Shown piece by piece: positions 9,021-17,164 of a stretch of 32,000 nucleotides of DNA; position 1 is the first letter of the stretch, and each line of letters starts with the position of its first letter. This DNA comes from Sedimentibacter sp. (GTDB lineage Bacteria > Bacillota > Clostridia > Tissierellales > Sedimentibacteraceae), in the NCBI GenBank assembly GCA_040770765.1, contig JAXGIL010000001.1:434538-466537 (forward strand). The letters are read 5' to 3'. The notes below the pieces were generated by a model that searched no databases, was not told the origin of the DNA, and was given only the letters and a program-made list of their open reading frames with translations. Both the position numbers and the translations under genes were made by a program.

Positions 9021-9059
9021 AAAGCCTGAGATATAATTGCTTCTCAGGCTTTTTCTTTT
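9021..9059. terminator. Bidirectional rho-independent terminator between convergent genes
   Basis: GCCTGAGA (9024-9031) pairs with TCTCAGGC (9042-9049). It is flanked by an A-run on the left and TTTTTCTTTT on the right. It lies between the stop at 8998 (+) and the stop at 9098 (-). Confidence 0.7.
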
Positions 9060-9097
9060 ATCTTCACTATTCACTTTACCACCACGGAATAATTATT

Positions 9098-9757
9098 TTA
9101 AATTTTTGCTATCAATATAAATAAAACGACTTCAAATATATTCGCAGTTAAATGGGATACTGTGCTAATCCACGCATTCTTCGATTTATTAAATATAAGG
9201 CCATATAAAACACTGTTTATGAAAGTAAAGACAAGTCCGAATAAAACGATAGTCATATCCCCTTGCTTATAATGTCCAAGGGTAAATAAGAAAGAAGTTA
9301 CAAGTATAGTTGGGATAACCGGCAGTACCTTGCTTAGCCTGTTTTGAAAAAATGCCCTCCACGCAATTTCCTCACCTAAGGCAAAAACAAAAAACATAAG
9401 AAAAGACTTGACACTGATTTTTATCTCCACAAAGGATCCGGCCCTCAATGTTTCATATTCTATATATTCGGGCAAAAACAACACCGACAGTAAAACGCAT
9501 ACAGCGTCCGTTACGATCGGCAGGACAAGCCAAATCCATATTTTTTTATCCTTCAAGCCCCCGGCCATTGCCTTAAAATCAAGACCGCTTCCTTGCATTG
9601 GCTGCCTTTCAACCGCTTTGCAGACGAAGAAAAAGATAATTCCAAGAAAAATTGCCGCAGAGGACAGATTTAACTCAAATAAATTCGAAAAAGAGACGAT
9701 TGCCATGACAACCATGATTACAATAGCCATTAAAGATGTTTTTTTCTTGTTTTTCAT
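9098..9757 (-). CDS. CPBP-family (CAAX protease/Abi-like) intramembrane glutamic protease
   Basis: Polytopic membrane protein carrying the family motifs GEEIAWRAFFQNRL (EExxxR), FTLGHY (FxxxH) and SHLTANI (HxxxN). I trimmed the TTG at 9772 to the ATG at 9757, which has GAGG 9 nt upstream. Confidence 0.8.
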   Translation of the reverse strand: MKNKKKTSLMAIVIMVVMAIVSFSNLFELNLSSAAIFLGIIFFFVCKAVERQPMQGSGLDFKAMAGGLKDKKIWIWLVLPIVTDAVCVLLSVLFLPEYIEYETLRAGSFVEIKISVKSFLMFFVFALGEEIAWRAFFQNRLSKVLPVIPTILVTSFLFTLGHYKQGDMTIVLFGLVFTFINSVLYGLIFNKSKNAWISTVSHLTANIFEVVLFILIAKI

Positions 9758-10274
9758 AAATTTTTTCCTCAATTTTCTGTTTTTTATTCAAAGCCTAAAT
9801 AAATTTGGTCGGCAAAACAAAAAAATATACCCTCAATATGTTTCCATGAACTCACAACGAGGGTTAGGTCATGTTTCTTATCCCCCCAAAAAGCATAATA
9901 TAAAATTCCAATTTTTATTATATGTTAATAAATGAATAATTTCAACCTGTTTATCCTTTACATTCAAACATTAAGAAAAACATTTTTACAACCGGACTGT
10001 CTCCTCAACCTTGTGAAAAATGCCCATTATCTACTCTGTCTACTCAGCCCTGCCGCATTTTGCCCTTTAATATAACCAAAGAATTCACCATTGATATGTT
10101 CCCATTTACGAGTCTTTGCCTTATTACTTTAAATAATCCGGCACCATATCATCATCACATCCCTGTTTATTGTCAATACTGACCTCATGTAAAACTTACT
10201 TTAATTTGAAGGCTTGCATATAAATTACATCTATAAACTCCACATCCGGGTACTGGACGAATATAAAAATTGAG

Positions 10275-10306
10275 CAAGGCACTCTACGCATGCATAGAGT
10301 GCCTTG
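10275..10306 (-). terminator. Rho-independent terminator after the 10334..10606 ORF
   Basis: A perfect 12-bp stem, CAAGGCACTCTA ... TAGAGTGCCTTG, with an 8-nt loop. On the minus strand it is followed by CTCAATTTTTAT. It lies 28 nt after the stop. Confidence 0.6.
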
Positions 10307-10333
10307 TCTAAGTTCACATTTTTTCAATTCAGA

Positions 10334-10606
10334 TTATTTCTTATATCCGCATTTAGGGCACACACCATTTTCGTTTAACGCAATTCCGCATAATGGGCAA
10401 CGGTCTAATTTATTTTTGGGTTCGTACTCTTCTGTTGCGCCATTTACTCCGCTTGTAAACGTGAGCTTAACGATGTTCAACTTGTCCTTTAGTAAATCAT
10501 ATACAATTTTAATCATGCCTTCAACAGTCATCGTTTCTTTTGTGACAACCCCCCATTCAATTATTTTCAAACTATTAATACAAGCCCAGTGTTCCGCTAA
10601 ACGCAC
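10334..10606 (-). CDS. Small protein with a C-terminal zinc ribbon; start uncertain
   Basis: The protein ends CPLCGIALNENGVCPKCGYKK. The track start is a GTG, and internal ATGs (MTVEG.., MIKIVY..) are possible. No convincing SD was seen. A downstream terminator supports expression. Confidence 0.4.
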   Translation of the reverse strand: MRLAEHWACINSLKIIEWGVVTKETMTVEGMIKIVYDLLKDKLNIVKLTFTSGVNGATEEYEPKNKLDRCPLCGIALNENGVCPKCGYKK

Positions 10607-10761
10607 ACGATAAACTTTTTACGGAGGATAAAAAAACAAGGTTTCTATCAATCGGCTATAATTGCCGAAACTCTAAAAACCTTTGATTCAAGCCATTTAT
10701 GGCATATTTATTTGTCTTTCCATGATATTAAGATAACAGTCTCAACGTGGGTTGAGCATAC

Positions 10762-11643
10762 TTATACTTTTCTTAAGACTTTTCCGTATGGATATGAAGA
10801 ATTCTTATTTTCAACAACAATTAGTTTGTTTTCTTCAATTATTTTTTCAATACGTAAAGCATACCAGCTATCGCTGATACCCAGCCCATATTCTCCTAAG
10901 AGCTTTCCGATAAATCCAGCCATAATAAAATCATTATCAGGCAGATTATTCATGATAATAAAATCATAAAAATTTTCCGGTACAGAAGTCAACTTTCCAT
11001 TTAAAATTGCACGCAATGGTGCATTTTCTTCCATTAAGTTGTGCCAATGGTCACTTATAATTCTCTTTTCTATCTTAGTTAATTGTTTTTCAAGAGATAA
11101 AAATTGATAAAACTTACCTGCATCAACTTCTCCCCAATGACTATACTCTGCTGTTTCATCCTCAGATATTGGATTATATTCAGGCAAAGAAACAACACTA
11201 ATATTGCAGTCAATATTTTTTAATAAATGGCATACAAAGTAAAATCCACAGGTAGAATAAGGAGCGTTGCTTTTCCATATTCGAATTGGTATACCATCTT
11301 TTGCAGCAGATAACAGCTTCTCCATATCCTTGCGTTGATTTTGGAAAAACTGTTCTTGCTCCTTATTGTCAAAATCAAATCTTCCCCATACTTTTCGGAA
11401 AATGTTTTGTCGCTCATTTCCGTCAATTTCACCCGAAATATCTCCAATGTCAAGCGAAAAGCCAATATTAACAACATCTTGGGAATTCCCTCCAACTGCT
11501 TGACCTTCAAAATATTTCTCTAATTCAGCTTTAGTTGGTTTTTCCCCAATATAATAAGCTCCACCAAGCATAGCTTTTGCATTATAACTTTTTGCTGCCT
11601 TCATAGAACCTTTTTCACTATCACTGAATACGACTTCAAGCAT
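10762..11643 (-). CDS. DUF1835 / DUF3658 two-domain protein, function unknown
   Basis: MLEVVFSDSEKGSMKAAK..., IRIWKSNAPYSTCGFYFVCHLL and WHNLMEENAPLRAILNGKLTSVPENFYDFII...WYALRIEKIIEENKL match my memory of the DUF1835 N-terminal and DUF3658 C-terminal consensus patterns. Confidence 0.75.
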   Translation of the reverse strand: MLEVVFSDSEKGSMKAAKSYNAKAMLGGAYYIGEKPTKAELEKYFEGQAVGGNSQDVVNIGFSLDIGDISGEIDGNERQNIFRKVWGRFDFDNKEQEQFFQNQRKDMEKLLSAAKDGIPIRIWKSNAPYSTCGFYFVCHLLKNIDCNISVVSLPEYNPISEDETAEYSHWGEVDAGKFYQFLSLEKQLTKIEKRIISDHWHNLMEENAPLRAILNGKLTSVPENFYDFIIMNNLPDNDFIMAGFIGKLLGEYGLGISDSWYALRIEKIIEENKLIVVENKNSSYPYGKVLRKV

Positions 11644-11797
11644 AGTTTCACCTCTATATTTATATATTTAATCTTATCTATGGTGCACATACCTTCAATA
11701 TTTTCCGGATTTTTAAGGAATGTTTCAAACTATCCAAAAATGCTGTCACTTCACTACTCAATTTGCTTTGGCTCATAACTCCTCGTACTTTCTTGGC

Positions 11798-12022
11798 CTA
11801 TGGGGTACTACCACAGACAACAGTAGTACTATCGAGGGCAATGTTGCAGCCCGGAATTCCATACAGCTTCATCAGGGCGGGAATTCGTTCATCCATATGA
11901 GCCTTGAATTCCTCAAGGAGTGCATGGGCACGCATACTCCGCTTGATTTGCAGACTGCCTGAAAACAGCATTATTAGCAAGCTAATTATTGTGGATGTAA
12001 GTATAAACCATAATTTTTTCAT
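11798..12022 (-). pseudogene. N-terminal fragment of a beta-lactamase-like serine hydrolase (signal/anchor plus the first ~50 residues)
   Basis: MKKLWFILTSTIISLLIMLFSG...MDERIPALMKLYGIPGCNIALD resembles the start of class-C-like serine hydrolases, where a GIPG motif precedes the first beta strand. The ORF stops after 74 aa, before any SxxK motif. The sequence after the TAG remains open for about 40 codons but is unrecognisable. Confidence 0.3.
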
Positions 12023-12127
12023 ACTTAAACCTCATAATTCTTACACTCCGCGGCAAACATATTCCATTTCAAATTTTTGAGTTTAGGCAGGGTAAGAGCA
12101 AACAACTTTTCCATCTGTTTATATTTA

Positions 12128-13627
12128 TCAATAAGAAATTGTCTTCTGTATAAAAGTTCCTTTTTTCAAATCATCAAAAGCCTTATTCAATTCTTCCTTA
12201 GTGTTCATGACAATAGGGCCACCCCAGGATATCGGTTCATCCAGCCGTATTGAACTTATGAATAAAACCTGGGCTTTTTTATCGGTAGCCTTTATATCTA
12301 CCTGGTCACCTGAGGTGAGTTTTACCGCCGTCTTTTCCTTTACCAGGACACCACCTATATATGCGTCTCCTAATAGGGTAAACACCATGACAGAGCGCTC
12401 ACTTTCTGTATTCAAAATAACTGATGCATTTGGGTTTAGGTGCAGATCGTAATAATCAAGGGGAAGATATTTGCTCATATATCCTTTTTTTCCTTCAAAT
12501 TCGCCCGCTTCGTAATAATAAGTTCCCTTGTAATCGAGAAATTCGAATCCGAGTTTTTCATAAGGGGATGCCAGCACTATATTTTCATCAAACGGCATAT
12601 TGTATAGAGTACTAATAGCAATTCCAAGCGCCTCATGAATTGTATTGTCAAAGAAGGCAACGGGGGTAAGCAATATGTCCTCACCATCCGAATCACCAAA
12701 CGCCTTCTGCACGATCGGCTCCATGACAGCGCGCTCACAACCAAAGCTACTTTCCGCAACATCATAGACATAGGTGTAGTTTTCTTCCGTGTTTACATTA
12801 AACATCCATACGACATAGGCGTTGTGTACGGGATAGAAGCCGACTGCATTCTTATAGCCGCTCTCAGCTCCCGTAACAACGCGAATGCAATTTTGCCAAT
12901 CCGGCTGCGGCGGATCGCCCCATTCGCTGTGATTCAGTCGTATGTCATATTCGCTCGTTTCGTACAACGCCAGCTTATCGCCATCGTTGAAGATAAATCC
13001 GAGCTCTGCAAGCGTAGTCGGAGGGGGTAAAATTTCAAAATCCCTTCCTTCCAGATTTGCATATATGCCATCAAGTGGCGTATAGTCAGAGGCAGGGCAG
13101 TCCGCCAAGTACAAATACCTTATCCTTGTCAGCCCGGACAGCGGCGAAAGGTCACTCACCCCCGTACCGGGAAGCGCAAGCACGATCAGATTTGTCAGCC
13201 CCACAAGCGGCGCGATATCTGCAATCGGGTTGCCGCCCAGCGCAAGTATGGTGAGTTTACTCAGCCCAGCCAGCGGCGATAAGTCGGTTATCTCATGGAA
13301 AGAGAGGTCAAGTCTTTCGAGGTTTTTGAAGTATTCCAGACCGCCGATCTCCCGTACCGGCACAGCATCGGGAAGAAGCCGCTGCCATTCATAAGAAAGG
13401 TTCAGCGCAGTCACAGCCTCAGCATCGGCAAGCGTAATGTCACCATCTGGCTTGCACATCGCGGCGCGCACCATTGCCTCCAGCGTTGGGTCGGTAAATT
13501 CAACTGTCCGCGTCGGCTGTTGTGTAGTGGGCGATTGCGTATCCTCCGGCTCGGACACCGGCGACGAACAAGCCGCCAGAGCGCAAAACATTGCCATGAC
13601 TAACAGGATGATAAAAATCTTTTTCAT
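12128..13627 (-). CDS. Chimeric ORF: lipoprotein with internalin-like LRRs and an unknown middle domain, fused in frame to a pirin C-terminal half
   Basis: The signal peptide has a lipobox (MKKIFIILLVMAMFCALAAC). About 22-residue LRRs are present (LERLDLSFHEITDLSPLAGLSKLTILALGGNPIADIAPLVGLTNLIVLALPGTGVSDLSPLSGL). The last ~125 aa, ending ISWGGPIVMNTKEELNKAFDDLKKGTF, match the pirin C-terminal domain signature (GPFVMNT..EI.qA..dy..G.f). AAAGGAG lies upstream of the ATG at 13627. Confidence 0.7.
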   Translation of the reverse strand: MKKIFIILLVMAMFCALAACSSPVSEPEDTQSPTTQQPTRTVEFTDPTLEAMVRAAMCKPDGDITLADAEAVTALNLSYEWQRLLPDAVPVREIGGLEYFKNLERLDLSFHEITDLSPLAGLSKLTILALGGNPIADIAPLVGLTNLIVLALPGTGVSDLSPLSGLTRIRYLYLADCPASDYTPLDGIYANLEGRDFEILPPPTTLAELGFIFNDGDKLALYETSEYDIRLNHSEWGDPPQPDWQNCIRVVTGAESGYKNAVGFYPVHNAYVVWMFNVNTEENYTYVYDVAESSFGCERAVMEPIVQKAFGDSDGEDILLTPVAFFDNTIHEALGIAISTLYNMPFDENIVLASPYEKLGFEFLDYKGTYYYEAGEFEGKKGYMSKYLPLDYYDLHLNPNASVILNTESERSVMVFTLLGDAYIGGVLVKEKTAVKLTSGDQVDIKATDKKAQVLFISSIRLDEPISWGGPIVMNTKEELNKAFDDLKKGTFIQKTISY

Positions 13628-13736
13628 ACTCTTTCTCCTTTGGATCAGATTTTGTTATCTCCAAACCGTCAGCTTGGGGTGAAAGGCATTTGCTTTCACA
13701 TGGACTTCACCATAGCCTCCGCTTGGGACATTTAGT

Positions 13737-13946
13737 TCATAGCGTGGTATTGCTCATTTTCATCCGTTCATTTTGTAACATCTCTTTTGCTTTTTCTTCT
13801 GCCTCAGTGTAGGTGCCTGAAAAAAGCAGTTTTGTTTGCAGATAGTTGTAATAGTCCGAGTCATCCGAGATATGGTCGGGCGCATCGCACGCACTTCCTA
13901 TCGTGATACTATACGTCTTGCGAGGCTCTGTTGTTTTAGCTGTCAT
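13737..13946 (-). CDS. Small hypothetical protein (69 aa)
   Basis: The ORF has AGGAGAAAAGG upstream and starts 77 nt downstream of the TIR gene stop on the same strand. I recognised no motifs. Confidence 0.35.
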   Translation of the reverse strand: MTAKTTEPRKTYSITIGSACDAPDHISDDSDYYNYLQTKLLFSGTYTEAEEKAKEMLQNERMKMSNTTL

Positions 13947-14023
13947 TAGCCTTTTCTCCTAATTCACCATCCGTGTGTACTTGTGCTTGCCGAGCCGAAT
14001 ACAATCTTTACGTTTTCACAAAG

Positions 14024-14998
14024 CTATTCATCAAGGAATGTGATAGTTCCCTCGAATGTCTTTTTGAGATTTTCATGGGTAGCGGAATCCTTATGACACC
14101 GTACCGTCAGTTTCGGGCAATCTACAAACGGACTAACCTCGGCAAAATGTACATCGCTGTTCTCAATGATCACCAATTCCAGACTAGGGCAATTAACAAA
14201 AACATAGGCCTCTAACTCAGCAACACTTTGCGGCAAGGTTACCATTTCTATATAATCTCTGTTTCTAAAAACATTGGACGCAATTTTTGTAGGACTACCC
14301 GGAATGGTAAAGCGTTTCTTTATTCCGTGATATGCTTTCACTGTGGAGCCGATCCATTCAAAATCGTTCATGGTTGCCTCGGAATTCTGGATGCGATCAA
14401 TATTCATGCGATCTTGTTCTGATAAGGTAAAGGTCGAGGGAGCAGGCTTGTTTTCGGGTTGTGGAGTTTGCGTGACAGCGGACGCCAGAGCGCTTTTGCC
14501 AGCCCTCAATCCCAACCTTTCAAAAGCAGTTGAGTACTTATATGCATACTCATCTTCATTCATCAAATATTTCAGGATAGCTTGCTTCGTTCCAATCTGA
14601 AGCTTTATCCCCGCACGAAGCGTTGTTTCCTCCAAATGTACGGCGAGAAAAGGCTTTTTTTCATCAATGGCAAAATTGATCTCATTTTGCACGTTTGGAG
14701 AAACGGCAGAATGCGGCGTAATGAATACAACAAACAAAGCGCATTTTTCAAGCGCATTGGCAATCTCATCTGTCCACTCATTACCCGGAGCAATTCCCTC
14801 GTCATACCAAACATGATATCCGGCAGTATGGAATGTGGTAATCTCGGAATAGACCTTTGTGGCATCAAGATGAGCATAGCTGATAAATATGTACGGCTCG
14901 CTTCCATGGTAGGCCGGAAACGGAATACGATTTGAATGTATCTCTGTCGTCTGCTGCCCCTCGGCTGTCTTTTTCTTAAACTTATCGAAAAACCCCAT
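14024..14998 (-). CDS. TIR-domain protein with a C-terminal BspA-type leucine-rich repeat (LRR_5-like) domain
   Basis: The N-terminal region EPYIFISYAHLDATKVYSEI..GYHVWYDEGIAPGNEWTDEIANALEKCALFVVFITPHSAVSPNVQNEINFAI follows the TIR_2 pattern (FISY strand, W..eI...L, S...v..E..fA) and retains the conserved Glu. The C-terminal region FEWIGSTVKAYHGIKKRFTIPGSPTKIASNVFRNRDYIEMVTLPQSVAELEAYVFVNCPSLELVII follows the BspA LRR pattern. The SD AAGGAG lies inside the last codons of the upstream gene. Confidence 0.85.
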   Translation of the reverse strand: MGFFDKFKKKTAEGQQTTEIHSNRIPFPAYHGSEPYIFISYAHLDATKVYSEITTFHTAGYHVWYDEGIAPGNEWTDEIANALEKCALFVVFITPHSAVSPNVQNEINFAIDEKKPFLAVHLEETTLRAGIKLQIGTKQAILKYLMNEDEYAYKYSTAFERLGLRAGKSALASAVTQTPQPENKPAPSTFTLSEQDRMNIDRIQNSEATMNDFEWIGSTVKAYHGIKKRFTIPGSPTKIASNVFRNRDYIEMVTLPQSVAELEAYVFVNCPSLELVIIENSDVHFAEVSPFVDCPKLTVRCHKDSATHENLKKTFEGTITFLDE

Positions 14999-15003
14999 TA
15001 TTT

Positions 15004-16740
15004 TTACTCTCCTTTTACAACGATTTTCATGCCAATGCGCGATAGCAACACTGGAATATTCTCAATAGTGTCGCGGTCAAGTTGCTTTATTTCTTCACTT
15101 AATTCATCATAAGGAATGAGATACGGAGATTCCTTTTTAGCGGAATCTACGGCAACCCCAAGTGTCCACCCTGTGGAAATACGCTCCTGTACCCACCCAT
15201 CATGCTCTTTTTCTGCAAGAGCCTCGACATATTCTGTTGGTATTCTCGTTACTGCTTTACCATCGCCGCCGACTGGCTGCATTGCATATCCCATTTCAAA
15301 AAGCTTCTCTGGAATAGTCATTGCCTGTCGGAGGTTGGAATACTTTAGTGAATCCGTCAAACTGTCAAAATCGGGATATTTTAAAGGCTTGTCAGGGTAG
15401 CGTTCCAGCTGCTTTTCGTTGTACAACGCATGAATTGCCCGTGCAAGTTTCTCCAAATCCTCTAATTGAGGACGAGGCTCCACATGGCTACGAACTACAG
15501 GTAACACCTGCGTCTTTACTGCCTTGCATTGAATATCGACACTTCCGAACAATTCATTCAGATCAAGTATTTTTTGGAGTAAATCTGTCTTCTCTTGTGC
15601 AAAAGTCTCAGGCAAAGAACCATTGTGTGTGATAAAAGTTACAGCGAGTCTCTCCAAATTAATTGTAACATCTGCTTCAGCGGCAAGCACCCGTAACTTA
15701 TCTTTAATGCCGTAAGCCTCGCGGTTCCATTCCTGTAACTCATCACAAAGAATAAGCAGGAAAGCAATGGGGTGTGTTTCCGGTTTCATCGCACCGAGAT
15801 CATACGGTTTTTTCATCATAATATTCTTATAACAGTTGTGAAGCAAAATTGCACTTGCGCTGTCAAGTACCGGCCAGAAGAAATACTCTGGCTTATATCC
15901 GGCAGATTGGATAAGGTATGCATACCATTTCAAAACAATGATGGAACTGTAATAACCGTGGTCGATAAAACCGAGTTTTGCCATCACATTCACGAAATCG
16001 TTCAACGAGAATATGATCTGCTTCAGGTCGACGCCAAGCGATGTGTGCAGTTTATGTGCCAGTAAATCCACAGGCTTGAGCATATCAATATATACAGCGT
16101 CTTCATACCGTCTGTCATAACATTCGATGAACTGTCGCTTTGGTATGATTTCCGCAATACTATTAAGCTCATTGAAGTTTTCAAAGGAAAGTTGTACATT
16201 GACCTTTTCCGTGCCTCCGCCAGCGCCAGTGGCGAAGTCAATGAATTTGTTTATTTGCCTCCCAACAATCTCAACGGGGTAGCCCACATCATGAAACAAC
16301 GAGGCGAGTCCCCAACGATAAAAGAATTCTTCGTTTTTTGTATCATAGGAGAACGGATAAACCTTTTTATCCATGTTAGTCTTGTGAAATGCTACTCGGT
16401 ATTTCCTATTGCCGGAATATATACATAAACCGAGAATGAACACATTAACCGAGTGTACATAATGGTCGCGTTGCTTGTCAATGAGTATCGAAGCATTCTC
16501 CTCGTAGTTTTTCAACACGTCCAACAGGTCAACAAAAGGATTGGACTGCCCTGCCATCCTGATGCGATAGCTGTCAAGGAAAGTTCTGTATACCGCAAAA
16601 GCGGTATCTTTTGTTTCGTTCCTCAAAAACTCCAGAATTGCTTGCTGCATGAATATCTTATAGCAGTGTCCTTTCTGAATATCCTCAAAGACATCCAAGT
16701 CATCGAAAAACTGTACTACATATTCAGATAGTTTGTTCAT
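15004..16740 (-). CDS. HD-superfamily-like phosphohydrolase domain fused to two C-terminal RyR-type repeats
   Basis: Track ORF 15004..16782, trimmed to the ATG at 16740 with AGAGAGGAA 6 nt upstream. H...HD...H...D-type motifs are RDHYVHSVNVFILG, LASLFHDVGYPVE, IDHGYYS, AILLHN and LLILCDELQEWNRE. The C-terminal sequence EALAEKEHDGWVQERISTGWTLGVAVDSAKKESPYLIPYDELSEEIKQLDRDTIENIPVLLSRIGMKI closely follows the RyR-domain consensus as I remember it. A more divergent repeat (LARAIHALYNEKQL...LKYSNLRQAMTIPEKLFEMGY) precedes it. Confidence 0.8.
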   Translation of the reverse strand: MNKLSEYVVQFFDDLDVFEDIQKGHCYKIFMQQAILEFLRNETKDTAFAVYRTFLDSYRIRMAGQSNPFVDLLDVLKNYEENASILIDKQRDHYVHSVNVFILGLCIYSGNRKYRVAFHKTNMDKKVYPFSYDTKNEEFFYRWGLASLFHDVGYPVEIVGRQINKFIDFATGAGGGTEKVNVQLSFENFNELNSIAEIIPKRQFIECYDRRYEDAVYIDMLKPVDLLAHKLHTSLGVDLKQIIFSLNDFVNVMAKLGFIDHGYYSSIIVLKWYAYLIQSAGYKPEYFFWPVLDSASAILLHNCYKNIMMKKPYDLGAMKPETHPIAFLLILCDELQEWNREAYGIKDKLRVLAAEADVTINLERLAVTFITHNGSLPETFAQEKTDLLQKILDLNELFGSVDIQCKAVKTQVLPVVRSHVEPRPQLEDLEKLARAIHALYNEKQLERYPDKPLKYPDFDSLTDSLKYSNLRQAMTIPEKLFEMGYAMQPVGGDGKAVTRIPTEYVEALAEKEHDGWVQERISTGWTLGVAVDSAKKESPYLIPYDELSEEIKQLDRDTIENIPVLLSRIGMKIVVKGE

Positions 16741-17159
16741 TGTGTTCCTCTCTTTCGAACGATAGTAGTTGTGCGCCGCCAAAGCACATGATAGTCAGGC
16801 GCATTTTCTGCCTGAGCAATCGGCTGAAGCGCAAGATAAATAGGCTCGCCGAATTGCGCCACCGGCACAAGCTCGGAAAGCGCGACCGTTTCGCTCTCGC
16901 CGGAGGCAAGGCGCAGACAGGTGGCGGTCTCGCCGTCGATGCTTGTCACACGGTACAAATCGTTGATCGCGCCGGTCTTTTTCGCAACCGTGCTGCCGCG
17001 CTTAATGCCAATGCCATAGAGAGGATTACATTCTGGAATGTGCTCCTAAAAAACAAGCCCGAATTTCTTTTGCTTACTTAGGCGTTCAGCCTCCTGCAGC
17101 AGTCTCTCCCGCAGGGCTTTGTCTTCCACCTGATTGATTAAATCGGTTAATGCCGCCAT
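16737..17159 (-). pseudogene. N-terminal remnant of an adenine-specific (Type III-like) DNA methyltransferase, with an in-frame TAG and truncation
   Basis: I translated this codon by codon. MAALTDLINQVEDKALRERLLQEAERLSKQKKFGLVF is followed by TAG (17046-17048), then EHIPECNPLYGIGIKRGSTVAKKTGAINDLYRVTSIDGETATCLRLASGESETVALSELVPVAQFGEPIYLALQPIAQAENAPDYHVL. FGLVFEEH.PE and FGEPIYP.L match remembered N-termini of this methyltransferase family. The expected ENYHAL motif appears only after a frameshift (AAHNYY), and no catalytic DPPY region follows. Confidence 0.5.
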
Positions 17160-17164
17160 ATTCT

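Noticed and set aside
9408-9935. 175-aa plus-strand ORF opposite the CPBP protease gene
   Set aside because: It is antisense to a gene with clear family motifs. It looks like a low-complexity product of AT-rich DNA and has no ribosome-binding site.
10040-10140. Possible gene remnant in the 560-bp gap (minus-strand peptide ..AKTRKWEHINGEFFGYIKGQNAAG..)
   Set aside because: Only about 33 codons lie between stops, there is no start codon, and I recognised no family resemblance.
12201-13682. Plus-strand ORFs opposite the LRR lipoprotein gene (12201..12452, 12635..13030, 13057..13254, 13295..13603, 13437..13682)
   Set aside because: They are shadow frames of a GC-richer gene with an Arg/Ser-rich composition. 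The minus-strand product has a coherent signal peptide, LRR repeats and a pirin signature.
14024-16740. Classifying the TIR-containing pair as Thoeris, CBASS, Pycsar or a TIR-STING system
   Set aside because: No SIR2, SLOG or Macro ThsA-like partner, nucleotide cyclase, CD-NTase or STING domain is present in or next to the pair. Only the general TIR logic is shared.
16737-16958. Treating the 73-aa ORF (TTG start) as a genuine small gene of the HD-RyR/TIR module
   Set aside because: It is in the same frame as, and continuous with, the methyltransferase-like N-terminus upstream, from which it is separated only by one TAG. It has no ATG or SD of its own. This could be revisited if homologues prove to be linked to HD-RyR genes.
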